Below are positions 8,946-18,998 of a DNA stretch of 64,000 bases, in pieces. This DNA is from a virus (Duplodnaviria; Heunggongvirae; Uroviricota; Caudoviricetes), in the IMG/VR virus record IMGVR_UViG_3300031414_000001, positions 112,437 to 176,436 of that record. The stretch is one strand, 5' to 3'. Position numbers and translations under genes: made by a program. Within the stretch, counting starts at the first letter, position 1. The number at the start of each line of letters is the position of its first letter. Below the pieces are notes generated by a model, which did no database searches, was not told the origin of the DNA, and saw nothing but the letters and a program-made list of their open reading frames with translations.

Positions 8946-11900
8946 ATGGCGAACGAATTTAAATTTCAGGCTTCTAAAGTAGCTGAAGCAGTGAATCAAA
9001 AATTGTTCATTAAAAGATTGCCAGAATGGATGCAAGGTCTAGAACAAATTCAAATGTTCTGTGATGACATTATCCAACAATGGTTTAATCCAGCAGATGA
9101 AGAAATCGTAGACGGTTATATCGGTGATCGCGGCTCTCCTGCGGCTTCAGGAAAGATCTTCCTGAATGAATTAGACCTACAACGTCAAGACTATCAGTTT
9201 AGCCCAGCATATGTATCTCGTAATGATGATACCAGTGTTCGTTCTCTCCAATTCTACCCTGATTTAGTTGGTTATTTGGAGCATTACGGTGCTTTGACTG
9301 AGAATCAAGCTCGTCTATTAAGTGGAAAGTACTATTCATGGACTCCACCAATTAACCCAAACAAATTACAAAACTTCAGTTCCTATTTGTGGGATACAGA
9401 AAACGAATATGGTATTTCTCCAGACTATATCGTAATGGAACGTGGTGCTCTTAATGGTAACACCTGGTCATTACAGAACTTCTGGTATACCATTGGACAA
9501 ACTCTACCTGATGGAACTGTTGTAACTGAACAAATGGCACAAGGAAACCGTTTCCGCCGTGCTCAAGTACCAATTATTGAATTTAATAAGAATATCGAAC
9601 TAATGAACTACGGTACTCGCTATCGTGGTGATGTTGATTATCTTTCTGACTCAATTAAACCTGAAGATATTGTACAGAAAAACGTTGGTAACAACGTTCG
9701 TGTCGATGGTTATGTTCTACAAGCTGGAGATCGCATCCTATTCACTAGTATTGGCAACGCTGGTGAGAATAACCGTATCTATAAGGTATACATCAAGCAA
9801 ATGGCTGATGGAACACGTGTATACGGCCTTGTATTGGACGAAGACGAAGAAACAACCGCTCGCCCTACTGGTGAACCGCTAACTGGTGACGTTGTTCTGG
9901 TGCGTTCTGGTAACGTATATGGCAACACGGCGGTATATTGGAATGGTCGTGAATGGACTGAAGCACAAGCTAAAACTGGTGTTAATGAATTTCCATTATT
10001 CCAACTATATGATAAAAACGGTATTAAACTAGATAACAGTACTGCTTATCCTAGCAGCACATTTACTGGTTCAAATTTGTTCGGTCTAAAAATCAACTAC
10101 AATTACGGTATGGACAAGATTTATCAAGAACATGTAGAATTAAGTGAATACAACTACTACATTTTCGAGAACTTCCTACAAACTGTACGTTATACCTATT
10201 CTAAAGCTGGTGCTCTAACTGAAATTCCAGGATTATATTTCTATAATGTAATTTCTGAAGATACCAATGGTGCTCTAGTACAGAACTTAAACTCTGATTG
10301 GGTTCGTAGTCCTGAAGAATCAAAACAAACTGTTCGTCAAGTTCCTGAAGTTACTAAATCTTCTATGTATCGTGTGTTCAATACTGTTTCAGAGATGAAT
10401 TTATTCAAATCTCCAGTAGAAAACATGTATGCTTATGTGATTGAGAATGACAGTACTTACAAGTACTATCAACCAAGTAACAGCACATTTATGAAATGGA
10501 ACATTATTTCTGATGTAGCAATTCAATCAGACTTGTATCAAAGTACTTATGAGCTTGCTCAGAAGATTGATCCAACAAATACTGATGAAACTCTTGAAGT
10601 ATTCTTTAATGGTGCTAAAACTTTCGACTACACAACAACTCTAACAGCAGATGGTCTAGTAGATAGTATTACTTTTAACAGTACTACCAGTATTGTTGAA
10701 GACAGTATCATTGAAATTGTAACCTATAGTCCGACTAAGGTTCCTGATTTGGATTTGGGATCATATCAGATTCCAATTAACTTACAGAATAACCCATACA
10801 ATGATTTTGTAGACTACATTCATCAAGGTGAATATACTCCGCACTTCTTGGATATTATCGGTAAGAACATTACAACTGGTTCTGTAAATGATTTAAACAA
10901 CTATGAACTTCGTTTAGAAGCTGGTCTAGTAGACAACTCTGTTGGTACTAAGATTATTCAGAACGAAACATCACTATTACCATTGATGCTTCATAGTGCT
11001 AACGAAAACTTAGACTTATTCAGTGCTATTATTTTCACTCAGTACGAATATTTCCGTTTCAAAAACAAATTTAACACTCAGATGATGAAGATGTATACTA
11101 GTGATCCTGCTTCATTCATGGCTGAGAGTGCGTCTAACATTGTGGATTTGATTTTCTCTGCTATTAACGTAGGTAAAGATAATACATTCCCATTCGCTTT
11201 AGACAACGTAGGTTCTAATACTACAACTAACAAAACGTTTATTCCACCTACTCCACAATTCTTGGGTATCCTAAAAGCTTACACTCCAGAAAAAGCTACA
11301 TACGTTCACGTTGGTAGTTCTATTGGTTGTTATAACATCGACCATATGGGTGTAATCAGTAAGGCGTACCGTGTAATTAATGGTGTAGACCTAATGGATG
11401 ATGTTCTTTATGAACTAGAGAATCGTATTTTTAATAGTATTGATAATACCTTTAAGGCAATTGATTTCGTTCCTTCAATGGATTCTGATTTCTTGAAACC
11501 AACTCCGTACTTTGAAAATACTGCGTATACTTCAGATGAATATAATTCTCTTGAACTACGTGGATATGTAAACTTCATCGCTACACAAGGTATTGATAAT
11601 AGTACTCATAGCTACGATCAATCAAACTGGATGACTTGGAACTACACCGGAACAACTTATGTTGTTAACGGACAACCAACTGAAATTCCAGCACGTGGTT
11701 CATGGAGAGCAATCTATACTGACATGTTCGGTACATATCGCCCAGCAACCCATCCGTGGGAAATGTTCGGCTTCTCACAACGTCCAGATTGGTTTAACCA
11801 AGAATACGAACCAACTAAAGTTCGTTTAGGAACAGCGACAACTGAATATGTTTATGTATATCCTGCTTATGTTACTGATGAAAATGGTGATCTAGTTCCT

Positions 11901-14900
11901 AGTGGACTATGGGATACTACTTCTGGTCAAGGTGACGCAAGTACTGGTACAATCCTACATGGTAGTCGTGCTGGTCAATATGATCAATACAAACGTTTTG
12001 GTACACAACCATTTGAACTAGTTAGTACTGGTACATTTGCTTCTGATGGTGAAGAAATCTTCGAACTAAATCTTATTGCTCCTGAAGTACTAGGTCTAGT
12101 TAGTGGTGCTCTATCTCATGTTAGTGAGCCTTGGGCTTACGGTGATATGGGTGAGATGGAATTCACTTATATGAATACTGTAATGTACGCATACGATAAG
12201 GTTATGGCTCTACTACGTGCTAAACCAGGTCAATTTGCTAACTACTTCTATGATACTAAGGGAAGTACTATTCAAGAAATTACCAGTGATGGTTATCAAT
12301 TCTTGTATGGTGAATCCAACAAACGTTTGAATTTCAACAGTACAGCTATTGTTCATGGTGAAAATAATCAACGTATTCTTGGATACCAAACATGGGTAAG
12401 TGATTACCTAACGTATCAAAATAAAAACATAACTACAAACTATGGTGACATTCTTCGTTCGTCTTACATTAATGTCGGTCATCGTATTGGTGGATATACT
12501 AAACAAGATCAGCTAACATTCAGTTCTGATTCATTTGGTTTAGTGTCTCAAGAAAACCAACACATCGGTCTAGTTAAGAGTTCTGCTTTCCGTGATGAAG
12601 CACTAAGTGCTGTTAAGATTCAATGGACAGGTTCTGGATTCGCAATTAGTGGATATGACCTTGTAGGTGCTAAACTAAATTATAAATTACCAAACAAAAC
12701 TGGTCGTCGTGTATCAGTGACAGTTGGTAAACGTTCTGTTGTTCATTATAACGAGTACCTTGAACAGTACGGTTCATATGAATATGGAACACTACTTAAG
12801 ACTTTCCAAGAAGTTTATACCTTCTTGTGTGGTTACGGTGAATATCTGGAAGATAGAGGCTGGATTTTTGAGGATGTTGATACTGATGGTGTTACTCAAG
12901 ATTGGTCAGTAATTGGTAAAGATTTCATCTCATGGAGTGCAACATCTCCAGCAGTTGGTGAATTTATTTCCGTTTCTCCAAGTACTAAGAACGCAAAATT
13001 CGGTACTGCTTTCGGTTCAGTTCAATCCGTAACACAATTTAATGGTGGAGTATGGTCATTACTTGATGATACAAACACTGGTATTCGTCCATTTGAAATT
13101 GATACATCTCGTATCGGTAACGTATTCAGCGTTCGCGTTGAAGATGATATTGATAAGCGTATGGCTCTAATTCGCGTTAGCGTTGTTTCATATGAACATG
13201 CTGTAATCTTTGATGACAGAACTATCTTCGGAAACGACATTTATCTTCCTAAGTACGGTGTAATACATGAAATGCTTAAAATGTATGGATATGTAACCGG
13301 ATCATGGAATGGTCGTCTAGAAGCTAAAGGATTCATTATCCTAGAAGCTGGTACAATGCCAGATTTCGAAAAACTAGTTGATGACTTCAGAAGTTATTAC
13401 GATACTGACCATCCAGTAGACAACGTTACTCTACGTAACCTTGCTCGTCATTTGATTGGATTCCAGACTCGTGATTATATTTCTCAAATGATTACAAGTG
13501 ATACCTCACAAATTGATTTTTATAAAGGCTTTATCCGTGACAAAGGTACTAACCAAGTGTTTGAACGTGTACTTCGTGTATCTAAATCGTACAACACTGA
13601 TAACTACAAAGCGTTACAGGAATGGGCATTTAAAATTGGTGAATATGGTAATATCTACGGTAAGAAACACCTACAGTTCCAACTAATCAATAATGAGTTC
13701 GCTCAAGAACCTCAAATGTTTACATTTGATTCTCTAGCAACTTCTGATAGTACTGAGAACAATATTGTGTACTACGGTACTCAAGGTGAAGATTCTCGCT
13801 GGATTACTCGTCCTAATGGTACATTTGCGTTCCCTACCCGTACAGGTAAGAGTGAGCGTATCCATCTACCAGATATTGGACCAGTAACACTAGACGAAGT
13901 ATCTTACAGTACTCGTGATTTTACTACAGCTTATGCTGACCGTCTATCCTTTATCACTAATACGGATACAACACCTACTTCGGTATGGGTATTCCGTGAT
14001 ATGGATAACAACTGGAACATTTATGAACTAGAAAATACTGGAATCACTCTTTCTTCTATTACACCAATTGGTGAAGATAGTTATACCGGAAACCACTGTA
14101 CTTTACAACTAAGTGCGGCACACGGTATGGAAGATGGCGATTACTTCTTCTTCGTTGACGAATCTGAATATATGCCAGATTTGCTAAAAGCGGAAACTCA
14201 GTACTTTACAACTGGATCTGATCCAACTAGCTTCGTAATTCCATTGAACGTAACTAATACTATCAGTTTCGCAGACAATAATCCAGTACTATATCGTTAT
14301 GTCAATCGTTTCAGCACTGCTGCCGAGAAGACTGCGTATACTACTCAGAAATATTCCTACGAAGCACCGGAAAGTACTTTGTTCGTTCGCCCAACTACGT
14401 ACAATAATGAAACTAACGTGACTGAATTGTACATGAACGTCTATGACCCAATCAACGGAGTTATCCCTGGTAGCATCATGGCTGACGTAACTTACGTAAG
14501 TCCAGTTGACCCTGCTAAGTATAACAGTGAAGATGAAACGGTACAAGCATGGGGTTCAGAAAAAGTTGGTTTAGTATGGTGGAATACAACTAATGCGTTC
14601 TTTATGGACTATACCCGTCCAATTTATGCTGCTGATGGTACAGTGGATGAAGAAGCAACCAATAGCTATAAACGCTATAATTGGGGTAAACTACTACCAA
14701 ATTCTGAAATTAACGTTCTAGAATGGGTAGCATCTCCATATCCTCCATATGAATGGGATAAGTACTGTGAACGTCAGGCTAAGTTAAACAAGGATAATAC
14801 AGCTTGGGTTCCAAGTGGTGAAGCAATTGAAGACTTCTTCTCCGTATTCCAAGAATACGATGAAAGTACTAATGCTTATAAGACAGTTTACTATTTTTGG

Positions 14901-17900
14901 GTTAAAAACGCAATCTACGTTCCAAAAGTTAAGAACCGTAATAAACCATGTAATGAATTGGCACGTACAATTCAAGATCCATCGCTACTAAATGCTCCTT
15001 GGTTCGCACCAATTAGTACTAATTCATTCATCATCAGTGGACTTCAACAAGAAATCACCGATGATAAGAGCATTCTAAGTATTACATATCAAAATGATGC
15101 TACTGAAGTTGTGAAACATGAACAGTATCAACTATGTAAAGAAGGAATGGATTATAATTTCAACCCTGTTATTTGGAATTCAATGTGGAATTCTCTACTA
15201 TCTCAAGAAACTCTACCTAATGGTACAGTACTTGAATTGAATTATCCAACTAACGATAACGGTATTTTGCCTGGAGAAACTTGGTTCCAAGATGTGATTG
15301 AAGCACGTAGAACCTTCGTAGATTCAGCTAACGCAATTTACAAAACAACTAACGTAACAACTGACGCAGTAACAATGGCTGAAGTGTTTAACGTGAAAAC
15401 TGTAGAAGAAAACCCAAATCTTATCAGTTTTAAAGTACTAAACTATAATAACGAACTTGTAATTAATCCATCAACTGATGCTTTCGTTGAAAATGACGCA
15501 GTATTAGTGAGTTCAAATGGTACTCTACCATCGCCGTTGGATTCATCAACTGTGTACTTCGTACACTTCGATGAAAACAATTACATTCGTTTAATGAACT
15601 CTCCAAGTACTGGAGGTACAGCAGTTTACATTACTCTAGAAAACCGTGGGGAAGGTCAGCATAAAATGATCAAGCAAGCTGACTATATTGAATCCCTTGG
15701 AACTTCTCTTGATATGACTCAATACTGGTCACTAGCTGATTGGTACGCAGTTGGTTACGACGAGAACACTACATACACTGATGAAACAAGCATTGATGTA
15801 GCGAACACTAAGAACTATCAAGAAGGTGACGTGATTCGTATTCTTGATGCAGATGGTGTTTGGACATTGTACGTTAAAACTATGTCTCGTGATGTAGTTA
15901 TTTGGCAAGCTATTGCTCGTCAGAATAGTACAGTAGCATTGAACAACCAATTGTATAACGGTTATGAGCAATATAATGCTGATGGTACATTGACTAATGT
16001 TGAAATTAACGTTCGTAAAGCACTAGCTCTACTTAAGAACTCTTTCAACACAACTCAAAGTCGTTTAGTATTTGATATGGTCAAGTATGTTCACACTGAA
16101 CAAACTGTAGTATCATGGGTATTCAAAACTTCTTACATTTATATTGTTGGTTTAGAGCAATCTTTACAACAAAATAACAGTACTGATAATTTGATTAATC
16201 AAATTGTTGAGTATTTCGAAGAAGTTAAACCGTACAGAACAAAAATTCGTTCTCAGATTGAACAGAAAACTTCTGACACTGATGAAATGACTGGAATCAG
16301 CAATGATTTAGATCCTAACGGATACGTCTTCATCAATGGTGCTTGGGTTAAGACTCAATCAGATATTTGGGATCATGAATATGCTCAGTACAATACTACT
16401 ACAGGTAAATGGGAAATTGTAGGTTCACTACCAAGTGATTTCGAATCACCAAATCGTAGATTCCAAGAATCTTATGAAATTTTGGTATATGATAACTTCC
16501 AATGTACACCAGATGCTGACCTAGCTGATGCCTTAACTTTAGAAGCTGTTAATAACTCATTTATGAGTAACGCAGATGACCTTCTAAGTGCGGGCAATCA
16601 TTATAAGCTACAACGTTATTCCTTTACCTATCCAGTGATTGATAACACTGCTATTGAACGTAACGTGTTCTCTGGTATTAGTGCGATTTACACTGATATG
16701 GATTTAACACTAACTCTAGAAGAAGCTATTAAGGCTCAACTAGCTGAATATAAAGATGATATAGAAGCATCAGCACAATTTGAGAGTGATCTTCAAACTG
16801 TGTATAATTCAGTAATTAGTGCTGAACCAACTGTTACAACAGCAACACAATATAGTCAATACAATACATTAGCAAACCGTCGCAGACTATACACCCAATT
16901 GAATGATAGTACTATTTCGCAAGAAATGAACTGTCCATTTAAAGGACGTGTACTTTCTGATAACTTGAACACTCGTTTACCATTTGGTTACTCCGGTTCC
17001 AATGGTGAAACTTATGGATACAAGCTATATAGTCGTGACCTGTATGAAAAATTCGTAGAACTTGTTCTAGAAGCTAATCCAACATTCAGTACTGATGAAG
17101 TCAACAACTACCTAGTGTATGAGTATGGCTTATATCCTTGGATGTACGATATAGAAAATACAGATGCGGCAACAGGTGTTTTAAATGGTAAAAACTACTT
17201 AGATACACTATATGTTTTGACAGCAATGTTAAACACATATAACTCTGAAGAAGTGGATACATTTGAAATTGCTCGTCAAATTTTGGCACAACCAACAATT
17301 GACATGTACTGTATGGTTATGATTCCTCGTAAGCTTGCTTATGTTAAGGATCTAAACACTGATGAATTCCTATCAGTTCCAATGGATACAAGCCTAGATG
17401 GATTTATGCAGGATGCTCTAATCGCTAATAACGATGTGATCGCAATGGCAGAAATAAATCTAAATGATCTACCGCTTGATATTAACAATCCATTATATGA
17501 TGAAATTCAAGATGTGCTAACCACTGTTAATGGTGCTCAGTACGTAAATGATGCTAACGCATTTGACAGCTTCGGCTTAGAGTCTCAAACTAAAAATATC
17601 GCATACTTCGCATCTGGAACAGTTAACGCTACTCAAGATCCAACGTTTGTGAATATTTCTGAAATCAATCCACTAGGACTTGATTCAGCACAAATGAGAT
17701 TCACCGTTAATGGATATGGTTACAGTACTACTGGTAATGAACAACTTAAATCCATTGGTAACTTCCAAATTGAAGGACATGTTCTGTTGAACCCTTACAA
17801 TACTAAGGAAGCTATCGTAAGTATCCCACGCTATAATGAAGCAATTGATTATATGCAAAGGAACTTAATTTCTAGAAATGAAATTCGTTACTCCTACAGA

Positions 17901-18962
17901 GTACAAGATATTATCAATACCACTGGTACTGTTCGTCTTGTTCAGGATAATGATTTCACTGTTGGTGAAAAAGTTATGGTGTTTACACCAGAAGCTTCTG
18001 ACTATGATGTTAACATGGCTGATGGAACTTGGAAAACAATTCTACCAGTAGCTAATATCAAAACTGGTACTAGACCAAAGATTTACACAATCAGTTCTGT
18101 AAGTAATGATACAATTCGCCTTGGTGGATTTACAACTTCCAGTATCTATGATAGTGAATCTGATACTCTTATGAACCCAGGACAGCCAACAGCAATCACT
18201 ATTGTTAGAATCACCTCTTTCAACGATTCGTCGTTTACTAGTGGTGTTGCTAAGTACAGTACTGAACGTTCTTACCAAATTAACATTCTTGATTATGACT
18301 TGTTCTATGACAGAATGCTTAAGAGTGGAGCTTATACTGATACTTACAGTACTGATGATTATGATGATTGGTATGTTTCTAATGAAATTGTTGAGGTGGA
18401 TGGAGTTGAAGTTGACCACGGATACTATCTACCAATCTACGGTAAAGGTGTTCTAAGCGAACTAGTTCGTACTAAGATGGATGATAGTCTACAAATATTC
18501 GTTTACGAATACTCAGGCATCAATCCTGTTAAGAACGGTAATACTTGGACTTACAGTGGTACATTAGTTGACAATGTTTATATCAGTGATAGAAACGCAG
18601 CATTGGTAGTTGCGATTTCGGATTCAGTACAACATATTGAATACGTAGCTACCCCAACACATGTTGAAAGTACTTCTATTACAAATGGTATCCTAACGAG
18701 TACGAATTCTGTCGATACAGATGTAGTCTCAGTTAATAACGAAATTGTGTTACTACGCAACAACAATAACATGTTGAGAGCGATGTACGGTACAGTTGAA
18801 AACAATTATGAATCAGGAACAACATATACTAAGTTAGGTGTTATTCTTGGGAAAGAGGAAGATATGGAAGTGTACGCTAACCATTATCCTCAAATACCTT
18901 TGAGTACATTTAGTAATGGTTATGTAGTGAGTGGAGCAGTAATTGGACAATTACTACAATAA
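8946..18962 (+). CDS. Giant (~3340 aa) virion structural protein, probably baseplate wedge (gp7-like position)
   Basis: 10-kb uninterrupted ORF after gp6, with its own late promoter and GGAG SD; no catalytic motif recognised. Confidence 0.6.
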   Translation: MANEFKFQASKVAEAVNQKLFIKRLPEWMQGLEQIQMFCDDIIQQWFNPADEEIVDGYIGDRGSPAASGKIFLNELDLQRQDYQFSPAYVSRNDDTSVRSLQFYPDLVGYLEHYGALTENQARLLSGKYYSWTPPINPNKLQNFSSYLWDTENEYGISPDYIVMERGALNGNTWSLQNFWYTIGQTLPDGTVVTEQMAQGNRFRRAQVPIIEFNKNIELMNYGTRYRGDVDYLSDSIKPEDIVQKNVGNNVRVDGYVLQAGDRILFTSIGNAGENNRIYKVYIKQMADGTRVYGLVLDEDEETTARPTGEPLTGDVVLVRSGNVYGNTAVYWNGREWTEAQAKTGVNEFPLFQLYDKNGIKLDNSTAYPSSTFTGSNLFGLKINYNYGMDKIYQEHVELSEYNYYIFENFLQTVRYTYSKAGALTEIPGLYFYNVISEDTNGALVQNLNSDWVRSPEESKQTVRQVPEVTKSSMYRVFNTVSEMNLFKSPVENMYAYVIENDSTYKYYQPSNSTFMKWNIISDVAIQSDLYQSTYELAQKIDPTNTDETLEVFFNGAKTFDYTTTLTADGLVDSITFNSTTSIVEDSIIEIVTYSPTKVPDLDLGSYQIPINLQNNPYNDFVDYIHQGEYTPHFLDIIGKNITTGSVNDLNNYELRLEAGLVDNSVGTKIIQNETSLLPLMLHSANENLDLFSAIIFTQYEYFRFKNKFNTQMMKMYTSDPASFMAESASNIVDLIFSAINVGKDNTFPFALDNVGSNTTTNKTFIPPTPQFLGILKAYTPEKATYVHVGSSIGCYNIDHMGVISKAYRVINGVDLMDDVLYELENRIFNSIDNTFKAIDFVPSMDSDFLKPTPYFENTAYTSDEYNSLELRGYVNFIATQGIDNSTHSYDQSNWMTWNYTGTTYVVNGQPTEIPARGSWRAIYTDMFGTYRPATHPWEMFGFSQRPDWFNQEYEPTKVRLGTATTEYVYVYPAYVTDENGDLVPSGLWDTTSGQGDASTGTILHGSRAGQYDQYKRFGTQPFELVSTGTFASDGEEIFELNLIAPEVLGLVSGALSHVSEPWAYGDMGEMEFTYMNTVMYAYDKVMALLRAKPGQFANYFYDTKGSTIQEITSDGYQFLYGESNKRLNFNSTAIVHGENNQRILGYQTWVSDYLTYQNKNITTNYGDILRSSYINVGHRIGGYTKQDQLTFSSDSFGLVSQENQHIGLVKSSAFRDEALSAVKIQWTGSGFAISGYDLVGAKLNYKLPNKTGRRVSVTVGKRSVVHYNEYLEQYGSYEYGTLLKTFQEVYTFLCGYGEYLEDRGWIFEDVDTDGVTQDWSVIGKDFISWSATSPAVGEFISVSPSTKNAKFGTAFGSVQSVTQFNGGVWSLLDDTNTGIRPFEIDTSRIGNVFSVRVEDDIDKRMALIRVSVVSYEHAVIFDDRTIFGNDIYLPKYGVIHEMLKMYGYVTGSWNGRLEAKGFIILEAGTMPDFEKLVDDFRSYYDTDHPVDNVTLRNLARHLIGFQTRDYISQMITSDTSQIDFYKGFIRDKGTNQVFERVLRVSKSYNTDNYKALQEWAFKIGEYGNIYGKKHLQFQLINNEFAQEPQMFTFDSLATSDSTENNIVYYGTQGEDSRWITRPNGTFAFPTRTGKSERIHLPDIGPVTLDEVSYSTRDFTTAYADRLSFITNTDTTPTSVWVFRDMDNNWNIYELENTGITLSSITPIGEDSYTGNHCTLQLSAAHGMEDGDYFFFVDESEYMPDLLKAETQYFTTGSDPTSFVIPLNVTNTISFADNNPVLYRYVNRFSTAAEKTAYTTQKYSYEAPESTLFVRPTTYNNETNVTELYMNVYDPINGVIPGSIMADVTYVSPVDPAKYNSEDETVQAWGSEKVGLVWWNTTNAFFMDYTRPIYAADGTVDEEATNSYKRYNWGKLLPNSEINVLEWVASPYPPYEWDKYCERQAKLNKDNTAWVPSGEAIEDFFSVFQEYDESTNAYKTVYYFWVKNAIYVPKVKNRNKPCNELARTIQDPSLLNAPWFAPISTNSFIISGLQQEITDDKSILSITYQNDATEVVKHEQYQLCKEGMDYNFNPVIWNSMWNSLLSQETLPNGTVLELNYPTNDNGILPGETWFQDVIEARRTFVDSANAIYKTTNVTTDAVTMAEVFNVKTVEENPNLISFKVLNYNNELVINPSTDAFVENDAVLVSSNGTLPSPLDSSTVYFVHFDENNYIRLMNSPSTGGTAVYITLENRGEGQHKMIKQADYIESLGTSLDMTQYWSLADWYAVGYDENTTYTDETSIDVANTKNYQEGDVIRILDADGVWTLYVKTMSRDVVIWQAIARQNSTVALNNQLYNGYEQYNADGTLTNVEINVRKALALLKNSFNTTQSRLVFDMVKYVHTEQTVVSWVFKTSYIYIVGLEQSLQQNNSTDNLINQIVEYFEEVKPYRTKIRSQIEQKTSDTDEMTGISNDLDPNGYVFINGAWVKTQSDIWDHEYAQYNTTTGKWEIVGSLPSDFESPNRRFQESYEILVYDNFQCTPDADLADALTLEAVNNSFMSNADDLLSAGNHYKLQRYSFTYPVIDNTAIERNVFSGISAIYTDMDLTLTLEEAIKAQLAEYKDDIEASAQFESDLQTVYNSVISAEPTVTTATQYSQYNTLANRRRLYTQLNDSTISQEMNCPFKGRVLSDNLNTRLPFGYSGSNGETYGYKLYSRDLYEKFVELVLEANPTFSTDEVNNYLVYEYGLYPWMYDIENTDAATGVLNGKNYLDTLYVLTAMLNTYNSEEVDTFEIARQILAQPTIDMYCMVMIPRKLAYVKDLNTDEFLSVPMDTSLDGFMQDALIANNDVIAMAEINLNDLPLDINNPLYDEIQDVLTTVNGAQYVNDANAFDSFGLESQTKNIAYFASGTVNATQDPTFVNISEINPLGLDSAQMRFTVNGYGYSTTGNEQLKSIGNFQIEGHVLLNPYNTKEAIVSIPRYNEAIDYMQRNLISRNEIRYSYRVQDIINTTGTVRLVQDNDFTVGEKVMVFTPEASDYDVNMADGTWKTILPVANIKTGTRPKIYTISSVSNDTIRLGGFTTSSIYDSESDTLMNPGQPTAITIVRITSFNDSSFTSGVAKYSTERSYQINILDYDLFYDRMLKSGAYTDTYSTDDYDDWYVSNEIVEVDGVEVDHGYYLPIYGKGVLSELVRTKMDDSLQIFVYEYSGINPVKNGNTWTYSGTLVDNVYISDRNAALVVAISDSVQHIEYVATPTHVESTSITNGILTSTNSVDTDVVSVNNEIVLLRNNNNMLRAMYGTVENNYESGTTYTKLGVILGKEEDMEVYANHYPQIPLSTFSNGYVVSGAVIGQLLQ

Positions 18963-18964
18963 TA

Positions 18965-18998
18965 AAAAAGGGAGCCATTGGCTCCCTTTTTGTTTTTA
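18965..18998. terminator. Bidirectional terminator
   Basis: aaaaagggagcca-t-tggctcccttttt between convergent genes. Confidence 0.85.
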
